A stretch of DNA of 38,876 nt from positions 1 through 38,876 of the IMG/VR virus record IMGVR_UViG_3300033997_000186. One strand, 5' to 3'. The notes below the pieces were generated by a model. The model saw only the letters and a list, made by a program, of their open reading frames with translations. It was not told the origin of the DNA and made no database searches. Made by a program: the position numbers and the translations under genes. The stretch comes from a virus. Positions 23,952 to 33,365 of this stretch are shown here, piece by piece. The number at the start of each line of letters is the position of its first letter. Position 1 is the first letter of the stretch.

Positions 23952-24280
23952 GTGGCCACCTCAAACGTCATTTTGCGATTGCGCCAGGTGCCCGTCAGAC
24001 GCAGGCGAAGGCCCGCGCCTTCGCGCTCGGCGACGATCGTGTCTGGCTCAAAGTCGCCGATGCCGTTGGCTTCGTTGTAAAAGGCCTCGGCGGCGTCGGA
24101 CTGGGCCAGCAGCAGCAGCTGCCCGCCAAGGTTCTGCGACAACCTGGTCACGAGTTTCGCGCCGTAGAGGGGGCGTTTCTGGCGGGTGCCGAGGGGCGTC
24201 GATAGCGCACGGGTGGCGCGCTGTACGAACTGGGGCCAGTCGTCGACCGTCGCCCCGGTGTCTCTGTCAATTCCGATCAT
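23948..24280 (-). CDS. Baseplate protein, gpW/gp25-like
   Basis: 110 aa with a GPW_gp25-type pattern and matching position. Confidence 0.7.
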   Translation of the reverse strand: MIGIDRDTGATVDDWPQFVQRATRALSTPLGTRQKRPLYGAKLVTRLSQNLGGQLLLLAQSDAAEAFYNEANGIGDFEPDTIVAEREGAGLRLRLTGTWRNRKMTFEVAT

Positions 24281-24288
24281 GGCGAGGC

Positions 24289-24897
24289 CTATCCGGTGCT
24301 GATGGTTCGCCCGTTGTGCGTGATCACCGGGCCGGTGAAGTGAATCCCGCCCGGCTCGAGCTGGGCGCTGACTTCGCCAATCGTCAGCAGCGCCGTTTCA
24401 GGGGTCATCGTGAGTTTGGCCGCGCCGATCATCAGCTCGAGGAGCTCCTGCGACGCGGTTACAGCCGTGGCGCCGTTCTTCCAGGCGAGGACATGGCTGT
24501 CGTGGTCATAGCTGCTCTCGGTGCCGTCCGGGTACGTTCGGCGGTGCAGCTGGGGCTCGACCGAGGCAGGCGGGAAAGCGTCCGACGTCAGGCCTCGCAG
24601 CGCGACCGTGTGGGCGCCGCCATCGCCGCCCCCGTAATTGATCAGCACGCACTGCTCACCGACCGACGGAATCAGCGTCTCGGCGACCTTGCCGGCGCTC
24701 GGGTTAAACCACTTGATGCCCGGCGTCATCAGGTCGCCATGGCTGACCTTGCACAGGCCCGCGGGGTCGACCTCAGTGATAACGCCGATACGCGCGTGAT
24801 TCTCCGATCGGCGCCGCAAGTCCTCGAGCTCGCTCTCGAGCTCGGCCAGGCGCTCCACCAGGGGCGCCAGGTGTCGGCGTATCAGTTCGTCAAACAT
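24289..24897 (-). CDS. Baseplate assembly / spike protein, P2 gpV-like
   Basis: Position and size. I prefer the ATG at 24897. Confidence 0.65.
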   Translation of the reverse strand: MFDELIRRHLAPLVERLAELESELEDLRRRSENHARIGVITEVDPAGLCKVSHGDLMTPGIKWFNPSAGKVAETLIPSVGEQCVLINYGGGDGGAHTVALRGLTSDAFPPASVEPQLHRRTYPDGTESSYDHDSHVLAWKNGATAVTASQELLELMIGAAKLTMTPETALLTIGEVSAQLEPGGIHFTGPVITHNGRTISTG

Positions 24898-25438
24898 CGC
24901 GGGCCTCGAGGGGGCTGTATCGATCAGGGTCGTCATTGTCCTCGACCCTCCAGGACACAAGCGGCATGCCGCTTATCACCGGGTTTTCCGGCAGCCGATC
25001 AGGACCAGGTGCAATGCCCTGGCGGAACGTCACGCCCCAAGCGTCATAGCCGTCGGAGCCCTTCTGAAAGATCGAGGGGCCGCTATGCAACTCCTGAGGC
25101 AGGTCGCACTGGCGACCGGAGAAGCCCCAGCGGTTGCAGTCGGCCAGACGCTCCAGCGCCGTAGCCAGGTTGACCGCCTCCAGCGCAGGAAACTTGCGAA
25201 AGCGTCCGACCACTGCGTGCAGGGTCACAGTCATTACGTGCACGTAGCGCCCGTCGTTCTGGCGAGTACCTGGTGCAGTGCGCTCGAGCTCGATCAGCAC
25301 GCAAGCGTCGCCGACCTTGCCGTCGAATTCGTCGTAGTTGGCGACGTCGACGCCCAGGCCGGCAGCATGGATCGCGTCGCCGATCGCAAAGAACAGGTCA
25401 GACGGCACGTTGAACGGCCGTTTAGCTGCTGAAGACAT
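24890..25438 (-). CDS. Tail terminator/completion protein (gpU / DUF1834-like, uncertain)
   Basis: Position after the gpZ-like gene. Weak by-eye similarity only. Confidence 0.45.
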   Translation of the reverse strand: MSSAAKRPFNVPSDLFFAIGDAIHAAGLGVDVANYDEFDGKVGDACVLIELERTAPGTRQNDGRYVHVMTVTLHAVVGRFRKFPALEAVNLATALERLADCNRWGFSGRQCDLPQELHSGPSIFQKGSDGYDAWGVTFRQGIAPGPDRLPENPVISGMPLVSWRVEDNDDPDRYSPLEARDV

Positions 25439-25943
25439 GCCGCGCCTCTTTCTCAAATTGCTCTGTGAAGTGGTTCAGCGCGCGTTTCTCCCAGCGCTCA
25501 AGCGCGCTCATTGCCGGGCCTTCCCAGTCCTCGCGCACCAGCTTGATAGGCAGCCGCTCGCGGCCCTTACGCTGGAACACCAGGCGTTGGCTGGACTTCA
25601 TGGGGGAGATAAAGGCGCCGTCATACTGCCGATGGCCAACCGACACGCCGTCGGGGGTCTGCTTTGGCGTGCCCAGGTAGTGAACGCCGATAGGCTGCAG
25701 ACCTACCCAAAGCTTGACCTCGTTGGCGGTCGATTGGCTGTAGATGTTGTAGCGGTGCCGAATGGGGCTCTGCGCGATTCGCAGCTCCCTGGCCACCTCT
25801 TTAGAACTGTGCGTGCGCAGCCACTGGGCCGTGCGACGTAGCGCTCGAGCGGCGGCCAGGTCCAGCTTTTTGCCGGCCTGCCCCACCTTCGCCTCTACGT
25901 CGACCCAGCCGCTCGCCTGCAGGTTTAGTTGGAAGCCCGCCAT
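25422..25943 (-). CDS. Lambda gpZ-like tail completion protein
   Basis: The pattern of basic residues and G..PI...LG...Q...GV.VG.R.Y.GAFI resembles lambda gpZ. Confidence 0.55.
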   Translation of the reverse strand: MAGFQLNLQASGWVDVEAKVGQAGKKLDLAAARALRRTAQWLRTHSSKEVARELRIAQSPIRHRYNIYSQSTANEVKLWVGLQPIGVHYLGTPKQTPDGVSVGHRQYDGAFISPMKSSQRLVFQRKGRERLPIKLVREDWEGPAMSALERWEKRALNHFTEQFEKEARHVFSS

Positions 25944-26305
25944 TTGCCACGCTCCACCGGCTGCGCCTCGCGGTCGCCGTAGGGGATCAGGGTCAACAGG
26001 GACCGTAGCCGGCCAAGTGGCTCGACTTCGGTGATCGAATACTCGACGCCGTCCGAAACGACCTTCGTCGCCTTCCAGGAGGCCGGAACCTCGCGGGTTG
26101 GCAACTGCAGGTGCTCTTTCAGGGGCCGCGCCCTGGTCTGCGCTGCACCAGGATCGATGCCGGCGCGATACAGCGCGCCAGTCTGTCCAGGCTTGCCGAA
26201 CATGCCGGCCACCTGGCGCGCATCGCGACCAGGCTCGATCAGCACAACCAGGCTGCCAAAGTCAGCGGGGTCGAAGAACGTCGAAAAATCGTCGTCCCCG
26301 ATCAC
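25925..26305 (-). CDS. Head-tail joining protein (FII-like position)
   Basis: Gene order only. Confidence 0.45.
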   Translation of the reverse strand: MIGDDDFSTFFDPADFGSLVVLIEPGRDARQVAGMFGKPGQTGALYRAGIDPGAAQTRARPLKEHLQLPTREVPASWKATKVVSDGVEYSITEVEPLGRLRSLLTLIPYGDREAQPVERGKWRASN

Positions 26306-26553
26306 TTGGTGCCCTTCTTCGCTTCTGCAGCGGCTGCCTTGGCCTCCTCGGCCGCGGCCTCTGCCTCGGCGGCGCGGTAGGCCTCGATTTCTTCGTCAGT
26401 TGCGTCGCGGGCCAGTTTCGAGCCGATCCAGTCGTTACGCAGCGGACGGTCAACCGCCAGGGCCTCGCCTTTCGGCACCAGGTCGCCAGCGATCCAGAGG
26501 TCATCGAGCAGCACAACGACGAAGCCGCTCGGGAGTGAGCTTGTAGCTGTCAT
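26302..26553 (-). CDS. Small head-associated hypothetical protein
   Basis: Follows the capsid gene. Ala/Glu-rich tail. Confidence 0.45.
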   Translation of the reverse strand: MTATSSLPSGFVVVLLDDLWIAGDLVPKGEALAVDRPLRNDWIGSKLARDATDEEIEAYRAAEAEAAAEEAKAAAAEAKKGTK

Positions 26554-26585
26554 GGTGAATACCTTGTGTGAGGGGTGAATAGAGA

Positions 26586-26608
26586 CAAAAAAGGGGGCTT
26601 TCGCCCCC
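26586..26608 (-). terminator. Terminator/attenuator after the capsid gene
   Basis: GGGGGC-TTTC-GCCCCC stem-loop followed on the minus strand by TTTTTTG. Confidence 0.7.
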
Positions 26609-26634
26609 GTACCTGCCCGCTATTTCAGGTTCGG

Positions 26635-28530
26635 TTACTGCGACGCTTTCTTGGCGATGCAGAACGATTCTTTGCGACGGTTGACGACGTCGACGTCCTG
26701 GAACGCACGCAGCACCAGGCCGTCGCTGGCGGCCAGCTTGGCGGCGTCGACCTTGAGGTCCAGGACGCCCCACAGGCCGCATACCAGCTGCGAGAAGTCG
26801 CCGAAAATCCAGGTGTCAGCCTCGACCTGGTTGGTCGCCTCGGCGCGGTGGCCGTTGACCTTGTCGTTTTCCCAGATGCAGCCACCGATGCCCTCGAATT
26901 TGAGGGTTTGCATGGCGGCGCCACGCTCGATGATGCCGGTCAGGTAGGCCAGCGCGCCGCGGTCGGCGTTGTAGGTGCCGATCTTGGTCAGCATGTCGAC
27001 CAGCTTGCCGAAGGTGATGCCGGTCGCTGGATAGGTCAGACCAGGCACGCCGACGTCTTTCAGCAGGCCCAGCGGGGCCTTGCCACCAGGGCCGGCCAGC
27101 ATGGCGTAGTCGATTGCTACGCCCATACCGTCCAGCAGGTCCTTGATGATCAGCGCCTCGATCGAGCGCGACGCCTGCTTACGCAGCTTGCGAGTGACCG
27201 GGATCGCGCCGGCGATGGTCTTCGGCGTCATGTTCAGAGTGGTGAAGTCGAACGAGCTGTCCTGCGCGTCCTCACCCTCACCCAGCCACACGAACGACGA
27301 GCCGCTGGTTTTCTTCGGCAGGTCGACGTCGCCGTCGAGCCCGGTCAGCATGACCATGCCTAGCTGCGCCATCACCGTCTTGTTGCGCAAGACGTCGGCG
27401 AACTGGTCGAGCAGCAGGTCGGTAGTGACCAGCTCTCCGCCCTTGCCAGGCTCACCTTTGGACAGGCCGCGCATGAGGATATCGTGCGGCACGTAGAAGC
27501 CGCGCGCGTCCTTCTTCATGGTCGTGGCCGCGGCGATGTTGATTTCACGCTCCAGGCCAGCCTTGCTCCAGTCGCCGGTTGCCGCTGCGTTGAGCGCTCG
27601 CATCAGCGAGTAGCGTTTCTGTTCCTTCTCGGAGACGCCCAGGCCGCGGGCGCTGACGTCGTGCTGCAGGAAGCCCGGCAGGTCGCGCTCGCCTTCCTTC
27701 GGCGCCGCTGGGGTCGCGGCCGGCTTTTGGGTAGGCGCTTGGCGCTCCAGGAGCACGCCGCGGAACTGCTCCAGGGTCTGACCGGAGGTGATGGCCTCGT
27801 TAGCCAGGTCGCGCTGGTTGAAGCGCTCGCCCAGGGCGAGCAGGTCAGAAACGCGGGTGCGCTCGATGCTGATCGGGTCGGCCGGGTTGGCGATTGGCGG
27901 CACAACTGCAGAGCGCTGGCCGTCGACTTGGGTTTGCTCAGGGGGCATTTCGATACCTCGAATGTTGATGGTGTTGGTTGTGTCGCTTGAACGCCCCACC
28001 CCGACGGTCGGGTCTGCAGGCACGGAAACGAGGGAAGCCTCGTAAGGCTCCCAGGAGATAACGCGGTAGTGGTCGACCCCCTCGACGGTGCGCTCGAGCA
28101 CCATGTCGTGAATGAGGTAACCGCAAGAAATGTTGCGGCGGACGCCGTCGACGACGTCCTGCCAGATAGGCTCGACAGCTGGGTCGCGAGAGAAGCGCAC
28201 CAAGGCGCGCAACTTGCGATCACCGTCGAGCCAGGCCCGCTCGATCACACCGATTTGTTGCGAGCCGCGGTGCTCCATGAGCAGCGGCGCGCCGAGCAGG
28301 AAGCGAGTCAGGTCGACGCAGTCGCTCGAGTGGTCGAGCACCTCGAAGCCGAAATAACGGCGCACGGGGTACTCACTCGAAACCGCGACCTCGACCGTTC
28401 GCTCCTCGAGGTTGATGGTCGACTTGTCGACCGAAAGCGCACGCGAGAGGACCTGCCCCTGGATCGTGCGCAGCACCGGCAACGGCGCAGGCTTATTCGT
28501 CGTCATCGACGGCGTCGGACTTGGCGGCAT
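26635..28530 (-). CDS. Fused prohead protease, scaffold/delta region and HK97-fold major capsid protein
   Basis: 631 aa. The N-terminal ~170 aa look like a prohead serine protease. The remainder looks like an HK97-family MCP with a delta-like linker. An alternative ATG lies at 28506. Confidence 0.75.
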   Translation of the reverse strand: MPPSPTPSMTTNKPAPLPVLRTIQGQVLSRALSVDKSTINLEERTVEVAVSSEYPVRRYFGFEVLDHSSDCVDLTRFLLGAPLLMEHRGSQQIGVIERAWLDGDRKLRALVRFSRDPAVEPIWQDVVDGVRRNISCGYLIHDMVLERTVEGVDHYRVISWEPYEASLVSVPADPTVGVGRSSDTTNTINIRGIEMPPEQTQVDGQRSAVVPPIANPADPISIERTRVSDLLALGERFNQRDLANEAITSGQTLEQFRGVLLERQAPTQKPAATPAAPKEGERDLPGFLQHDVSARGLGVSEKEQKRYSLMRALNAAATGDWSKAGLEREINIAAATTMKKDARGFYVPHDILMRGLSKGEPGKGGELVTTDLLLDQFADVLRNKTVMAQLGMVMLTGLDGDVDLPKKTSGSSFVWLGEGEDAQDSSFDFTTLNMTPKTIAGAIPVTRKLRKQASRSIEALIIKDLLDGMGVAIDYAMLAGPGGKAPLGLLKDVGVPGLTYPATGITFGKLVDMLTKIGTYNADRGALAYLTGIIERGAAMQTLKFEGIGGCIWENDKVNGHRAEATNQVEADTWIFGDFSQLVCGLWGVLDLKVDAAKLAASDGLVLRAFQDVDVVNRRKESFCIAKKASQ

Positions 28531-30001
28531 TGGTGTCTTCCGTTGGGGTTGATGGCTCAGGCATCAGCCCAAGCGATTTGAGGAGGGCCTCCTCGGCGGC
28601 AATCTCGGCAAAAATCTGCTCGGGGTCGTCGCCGTTCGCGCGGATGTATTCCGAGCGCGATTTCGTGCGGTTCTTGATGCTCTCGGTTGCCGCCTTGGCG
28701 TCCTTGTAGGGGTCGACCCAGTCCCAGCCGCGCGGCTGCCAGACAATCTCGCTGCAGCGCTCGATATCGCGGGGAGCGATCGGCAGGGCGCCAGTGAGCA
28801 GCGAGCAGTCGAACCAGGTTTGCCCGAGGCGATCGAGTAGCTCGGTGATGGCCAGCTCTTGCGCGGTCTTGTAGAAATCGCGCTCGTCGAGCTCGCCGGA
28901 ACGCAGAGAGGAGAAGCTCACCCCCTCCAGGTCGTGCGCGAGGCGGTTGTAGCTGGGACCAAGCCCCCCGGCAGCGCCGCGCAGGGTGTCTTTCACGAAT
29001 GGCGCGTAGTCCGCACCAGGTGACGCCGTCTGGTGCTGCTTGTAGCTCAGGCCGTAGGGCAGCACGCGAGCGGTACCGGCCTCGACGACCTCTGATACGT
29101 CTTCGTCCTTGCCGTCCTCGGGCGGGTCCAGCCACTCGGGGTTTTGCTCATAGAAACCGGTGATCTTGGCCGACTGCTCAGCCTTGACGCGGGTCGCGCT
29201 GCGAAACTCCTCAAGGTGATGGATATCGAGCGCCGCCGAGTGCGTCCAGGTGAAGCCGCGGGCCTGGTGCGGGCGCCACGGGTCGAAGGTGTGAATCAGG
29301 TCCTCGGCCGGTACGCGCTCGTACTTGTCTTCGGGGCGCTGGTAGACGTCGCCCGGATGGCTGCGCAGCAGCCAATAGGCGACCGGACGCTCGAAGTCGT
29401 CGAGCTCGACGCCCATCCGAATGCGGTTGCCGTTGGTCAATAGGGTGTTGAGGTTCAGGTCAAGCCGATCGGCCTCGAGGATCTGCACCGCGAAGCCCCA
29501 GCGGTTCGCCCAGTTGCGATGCAGGCGCACCAGGACCTCACCGTCGCGCGCGAGCGTCTCGATCCACAGCCACATGAACGCGACGTAGGAGTAACGCCCG
29601 GTGACGTCAAACTTCCCCTTTTTGGCGAACTTCTCCCATTCCTTTTCGATCAGGCGGCGCCTGATCCGGTCTGGCGTGCCGTCGCGCAGCGTTGCTTTCG
29701 ACTGCAGGCGGATACCGTAGGGGCCGACCACGTTCTGCCGCAGGAGGCGATAGAAGCGCTTGAGCACCGACGTATTGATCGACTGCTCGCGAGCCCGCTG
29801 TCGCAGGGTTTCGTGATCGCCGTAAATGGCCTGGTTCGCATCTGCCGCGGTCGAACGGCCCGTCCAGGAGGAAGTTAGCCGGGACTTGTGGGCCATCTTG
29901 AACCCGCCGCGGCGCCCGACCGTGGGCTCGCGGCGGGCGTCGACGGCAGGCGAGCGCTTGCCACCCCAGCGAAGCCAGGAAAAGGCGCCTGATAGGTTCA
30001 T
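28493..30001 (-). CDS. Portal protein (lambda gpB family)
   Basis: 502 aa, positioned between the gpW-like and capsid genes, with lambda-portal-like sequence. Confidence 0.85.
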   Translation of the reverse strand: MNLSGAFSWLRWGGKRSPAVDARREPTVGRRGGFKMAHKSRLTSSWTGRSTAADANQAIYGDHETLRQRAREQSINTSVLKRFYRLLRQNVVGPYGIRLQSKATLRDGTPDRIRRRLIEKEWEKFAKKGKFDVTGRYSYVAFMWLWIETLARDGEVLVRLHRNWANRWGFAVQILEADRLDLNLNTLLTNGNRIRMGVELDDFERPVAYWLLRSHPGDVYQRPEDKYERVPAEDLIHTFDPWRPHQARGFTWTHSAALDIHHLEEFRSATRVKAEQSAKITGFYEQNPEWLDPPEDGKDEDVSEVVEAGTARVLPYGLSYKQHQTASPGADYAPFVKDTLRGAAGGLGPSYNRLAHDLEGVSFSSLRSGELDERDFYKTAQELAITELLDRLGQTWFDCSLLTGALPIAPRDIERCSEIVWQPRGWDWVDPYKDAKAATESIKNRTKSRSEYIRANGDDPEQIFAEIAAEEALLKSLGLMPEPSTPTEDTNAAKSDAVDDDE

Positions 30002-30005
30002 TGGC

Positions 30006-30521
30006 TTATCTCAGGTTGAATTTCACGCGGCGCCCGAACGGCGAGCGGCTGGCGCTCTGTCGCTGCAGCTCGCGCAGGTACTTGGTGCGAAGGCTGTCGA
30101 GCCGCTCGATCGGAATCCGGTCGAGGCGCATGCCGTCGATTTCGTAGCTCTGCTGGTCCTTGGGGATGCGCTTCTCGAGCGCAGCCTCGATCAGCTCGAG
30201 CATTCGGCGCGCATGGCTGCGTGCGTCGATCGGCTCGGCCGTTTCAAGGTTCGGCGATACCTCGAGCGTGCCGGTGGCCACCGTCAGGCGCTGATCACCG
30301 CGAAACGCCAGGGCGACCCAGCGGTAAAGCCCTGGCGCCCAGGTCGCCGTTACGTCAGCGCCCAGCTCGACCTGGTAGGGCGTGGTCAACTGCGCGTCGA
30401 CCGTGTGCCGGTCGGGGCCGTTGAACACGTAGCGCAGCCCCCAGCCAGCAGACGCTGGGCGATCGGGCACGGCGCGCGACCAGGCTGCAGAGTCGCCCGC
30501 GTGTAGTTGTGTCGGTTCCAT
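30006..30521 (-). CDS. Head-tail joining protein with a gpW-like C-terminal domain and an extra N-terminal domain
   Basis: The C-terminal ~70 aa align by eye with lambda gpW. Located between terL and the portal gene. Confidence 0.6.
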   Translation of the reverse strand: MEPTQLHAGDSAAWSRAVPDRPASAGWGLRYVFNGPDRHTVDAQLTTPYQVELGADVTATWAPGLYRWVALAFRGDQRLTVATGTLEVSPNLETAEPIDARSHARRMLELIEAALEKRIPKDQQSYEIDGMRLDRIPIERLDSLRTKYLRELQRQSASRSPFGRRVKFNLR

Positions 30522-30554
30522 TGGCTCACTCGGCGCCGCCAGGGCGCCGGGGCG

Positions 30555-32699
30555 CTACCTGGTCGGCCTCTTGATGATGTTGAAGCGAGAACGGCCTTTA
30601 GCCGGGGCTGCGTCAGCCCTTCGCTGGCGAGCAGCTGGCTTTTCGGCCTCAGTTGGTGGCGGCGGCGCCGGCACAGGGGCCGGGACTACCGGGGCGGGCG
30701 TGTCGTCATCGTCCAGCGGCTCGGCGCCTTCCTGGATCGGCCCATTTTTGACCGCTTCGGCCAGCTGGGCCTTGGTCAGGGCGCCGACCTTGCGGCGCTG
30801 CAGCTTGTCGCGCAGCGCCATGATGTATTGCATCGCCTCGCAGTCGAGGTAGTGGTTTTCGCCGACCTGGTGAAACTTCCCCTCGGCCTCGCCCCACTCC
30901 TCACCCACGATTTCCTTGCAGTACAGGTCCGTCACCTGCTGGTGCAGCAACCACCAGCCCCCGCGGTCATCCGGGCGCCCAAACCGGCTATGCACCCAGC
31001 GTTTCGCGAAAGGCGAGTCGAAGGCCCAGCGAGCATCGCCGCGCTTGCGCGTCTTACCCTTGCGGTCGACCTCTACCATTTCCTTGCGAAATGGCTTGTC
31101 GAGGCGCTCGCGGCCGCGCAGGGCGATGGCCCTGGCCTTGTGGTCGTTGATGAACTTGTAGACCTGGTCGTCGCGATAACCGATATCGATGCCGGTTACG
31201 TTGATCGGGTGGCCACCGTACTCGGTGTCGATCAAGTCGCTCAGCTGGTCCCATACGGCGTCCTGGTCGGTGTCGCCCCACAGGTCGCCATGCTCCAGGA
31301 GCATCGAGCCCATGCCGGCGTACCAGGCGCGCACCACGTACACCAGGCGGCGCTTTTGCACGTCGACCGTGCAGTAAATTTTCAGCGGCTCCAGGAGCAG
31401 CTGGCCGGCAGCGTAGCCCCAGCACATAGAGCGGACCTGTTCCCAGGTCGGGACGTCACCGGCCTGCGCGTAGCACTCACCGAAACCGGTGTTGTACACG
31501 GCCAGCAGGTCAGCCGGGTCGCCGCTTTGCTGGGCGGACAACAGGTCCTTGGCCAGCGCGCCATAGCTCTTTTTCGAGGAAAACGAGCACAGGCCGGATA
31601 CCGCGTAGGTGAAGTGGGTCGAGCCCGCCGTTTCAGCCTCGCCACTGACCTCGCCGTCGCGGCTGATCGACTGGCCAGGCGCGACAGGCCGGCCCCGCTC
31701 ATTCATCCAGGAGCGATATTTGTTCTCGATCTGGCAGCCGTTGCTCGGGCAGGTCAACCGGGCGTGCCGCTGGGCTTCGTCTGGCGTGCATTCCTTCTCG
31801 CTGCCTTTGCCAGGCCACCAGAGCAGCCCTGACCAGGGAATGAAATACTCGCCGCACTCGGGGCACGGCACCGCCCATTCATGGCGGGTGCCCGACTGCC
31901 AGAGCTTCCAGATGGCCGAGCCCAGCGCCTTAACCTGCGCCACTTCCCAGTGCCAGAGACCCGAAACAGGATGCTTTCGCTTGGCCACTCGCCCATGCGT
32001 CGGCGTCGCGGTGTAGAGGATTTTCGACCCGTCGTAGGCATCGCCTCGACGCTCGACAATGACCATCGTCGAGCCTTCGCCCGTGTTGACGATCCGGTCA
32101 ACCTCGTCGACCAGGATCAGGCCGACCGAGTCTGCAGACAAACCCGACGGCGAGCCGGCCCACACGAACCGCAGTTTCGTGCCGGCAATCCATTTGACGA
32201 ACGTCGAGGACTTGCGAACGTTGAGCTTGGCGCTCAGCGACTCGCATTCGCTGATCATGTCGTCGAATTTCGGGACCACGGCGTCTTTCAGCAGCGGCGC
32301 CGTTGGCGCGACGTACATGATCGGCGTCGGGTCTTCGTCCAGCCGGTGCCCGATGATGTTCTCGAACGTGACCGATTTGCCCATTTGCGTCGCGGTGATC
32401 ACCGTCTCGCGGTCATAGCACGGCTGCGCCGCGGCCCAGGCTGCAGGCCGCATGTATGGATTGACGTCAGGGTCGAAGTTACCAGGGCGCGGCGAGCTGG
32501 GCGGCATGACCCGCTTGTCGCGCGCCCATTCGTCACTCGTCCTCGCTGGCGGCGCCTTGACCAGCTTCGCCGCTGCCAAGATCGACTTGATCAAGGCTCG
32601 AAGTGAGCTCATGTGCTCGACGCTCGAGGCGGTCAGCTGTAGCTGCTCGGACTGTCCGCGTTTCTTTAAATAATCGATCTCGGATAAGAGCAGGGTCAT
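30555..32699 (-). CDS. Terminase large subunit (lambda gpA family)
   Basis: About 714 aa with gpA-like blocks including the zinc-ribbon-like CPECGE. The start is uncertain (32699 or 32612). Confidence 0.85.
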   Translation of the reverse strand: MTLLLSEIDYLKKRGQSEQLQLTASSVEHMSSLRALIKSILAAAKLVKAPPARTSDEWARDKRVMPPSSPRPGNFDPDVNPYMRPAAWAAAQPCYDRETVITATQMGKSVTFENIIGHRLDEDPTPIMYVAPTAPLLKDAVVPKFDDMISECESLSAKLNVRKSSTFVKWIAGTKLRFVWAGSPSGLSADSVGLILVDEVDRIVNTGEGSTMVIVERRGDAYDGSKILYTATPTHGRVAKRKHPVSGLWHWEVAQVKALGSAIWKLWQSGTRHEWAVPCPECGEYFIPWSGLLWWPGKGSEKECTPDEAQRHARLTCPSNGCQIENKYRSWMNERGRPVAPGQSISRDGEVSGEAETAGSTHFTYAVSGLCSFSSKKSYGALAKDLLSAQQSGDPADLLAVYNTGFGECYAQAGDVPTWEQVRSMCWGYAAGQLLLEPLKIYCTVDVQKRRLVYVVRAWYAGMGSMLLEHGDLWGDTDQDAVWDQLSDLIDTEYGGHPINVTGIDIGYRDDQVYKFINDHKARAIALRGRERLDKPFRKEMVEVDRKGKTRKRGDARWAFDSPFAKRWVHSRFGRPDDRGGWWLLHQQVTDLYCKEIVGEEWGEAEGKFHQVGENHYLDCEAMQYIMALRDKLQRRKVGALTKAQLAEAVKNGPIQEGAEPLDDDDTPAPVVPAPVPAPPPPTEAEKPAARQRRADAAPAKGRSRFNIIKRPTR

Positions 32700-33105
32700 C
32701 GATAATCGCCAAGTCGGCGGCGCAGCGGCTCGGCAGTGCGTCGAGCTGGGTCGCATAGATCGCCGCGATTGAGGTAATCAGGGCGACGAACACCTCATTC
32801 GGAATGAGGCGCCCGCGCACCTGGTCGATTTCGAGCTGCAGCTTTTCCCGCCGCGCCCGCTTGAGCAGCCGATCCTCTGCCGAGGCCGAGCTAAGGCCCT
32901 CCTCGTCGTCGCCTTCGTCGCCGATTTCTCGGCGCACTTCGCGCAGGATCAGCCACTCAATCGCCGCCTGGCTGTCGATCTGGACAGCCACACCGCGGCC
33001 ACCGCCGCCCTGCGTGGGTAGCCCCTCCTCGATCAACTTGGAAACCCAGCGCTCGGACTTGCCCAGCAAGTCGGCCAGGTCTTTTTTACTGATGGTTCTG
33101 CCCAT
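32533..33105 (-). CDS. Terminase small subunit (Nu1-like, winged-HTH N-terminus)
   Basis: MGRTISKKDLADLLGKSERWVSKLIEEGLP resembles the Nu1 N-terminus. It overlaps the 5' end of terL. Confidence 0.75.
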   Translation of the reverse strand: MGRTISKKDLADLLGKSERWVSKLIEEGLPTQGGGGRGVAVQIDSQAAIEWLILREVRREIGDEGDDEEGLSSASAEDRLLKRARREKLQLEIDQVRGRLIPNEVFVALITSIAAIYATQLDALPSRCAADLAIIDDPALIRDRLFKETRTVRAATADRLERRAHELTSSLDQVDLGSGEAGQGAASEDE

Positions 33106-33109
33106 GGGA

Positions 33110-33183
33110 GAAAGGACCAAATGGGAAAAGTGGCAAAAGGACAAAGGTACAAAGGTCCTTTGTTACCTTTGTCCTTTTGGCAC
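33110..33183. repeat. Array C of 8-bp units (6 x AAAGGAC/AAAGGTAC-type then 3 x TTTGTCC-type), forming a ~50-bp imperfect palindrome 5 nt upstream of terS
   Basis: gaaaggac caaatggg aaaagtgg caaaaggac aaaggtac aaaggtcc tttgttacc tttgtcc ttttggcac. Confidence 0.7.
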
Positions 33184-33365
33184 TCGAAAATTTAGGTTGA
33201 GGCCCCGCCGCGCCTGGCCGAGCGGTCAGGCTGGCGATGCAGGCCGGGGGGCCTCAAGTTCGGAAGTAAGGACTGGACTTTCGGAAAGTCACACGCGCGA
33301 GGCCCGCGCCGTTACCGCCCGTGACTGGGGAGGGGGCCGGGGAGGACCCAAAAGTCGACCGGGGG

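Noticed and set aside
32533-32699. The 167-nt overlap of terS and terL considered as a programmed frameshift or fusion.
   Set aside because: It is more simply explained by uncertainty in the terL start. An in-frame ATG at 32612 shortens the overlap. No slippery heptamer was seen.
33210-33265. tRNA-like string GGCCGAGCGGTCAGGC (resembling a class II tRNA D-arm), and GTTCGGAAG (resembling a T-loop).
   Set aside because: I could not fold an acceptor stem, anticodon arm or T-arm with correct spacing. It is probably coincidental, or at most a degenerate remnant.
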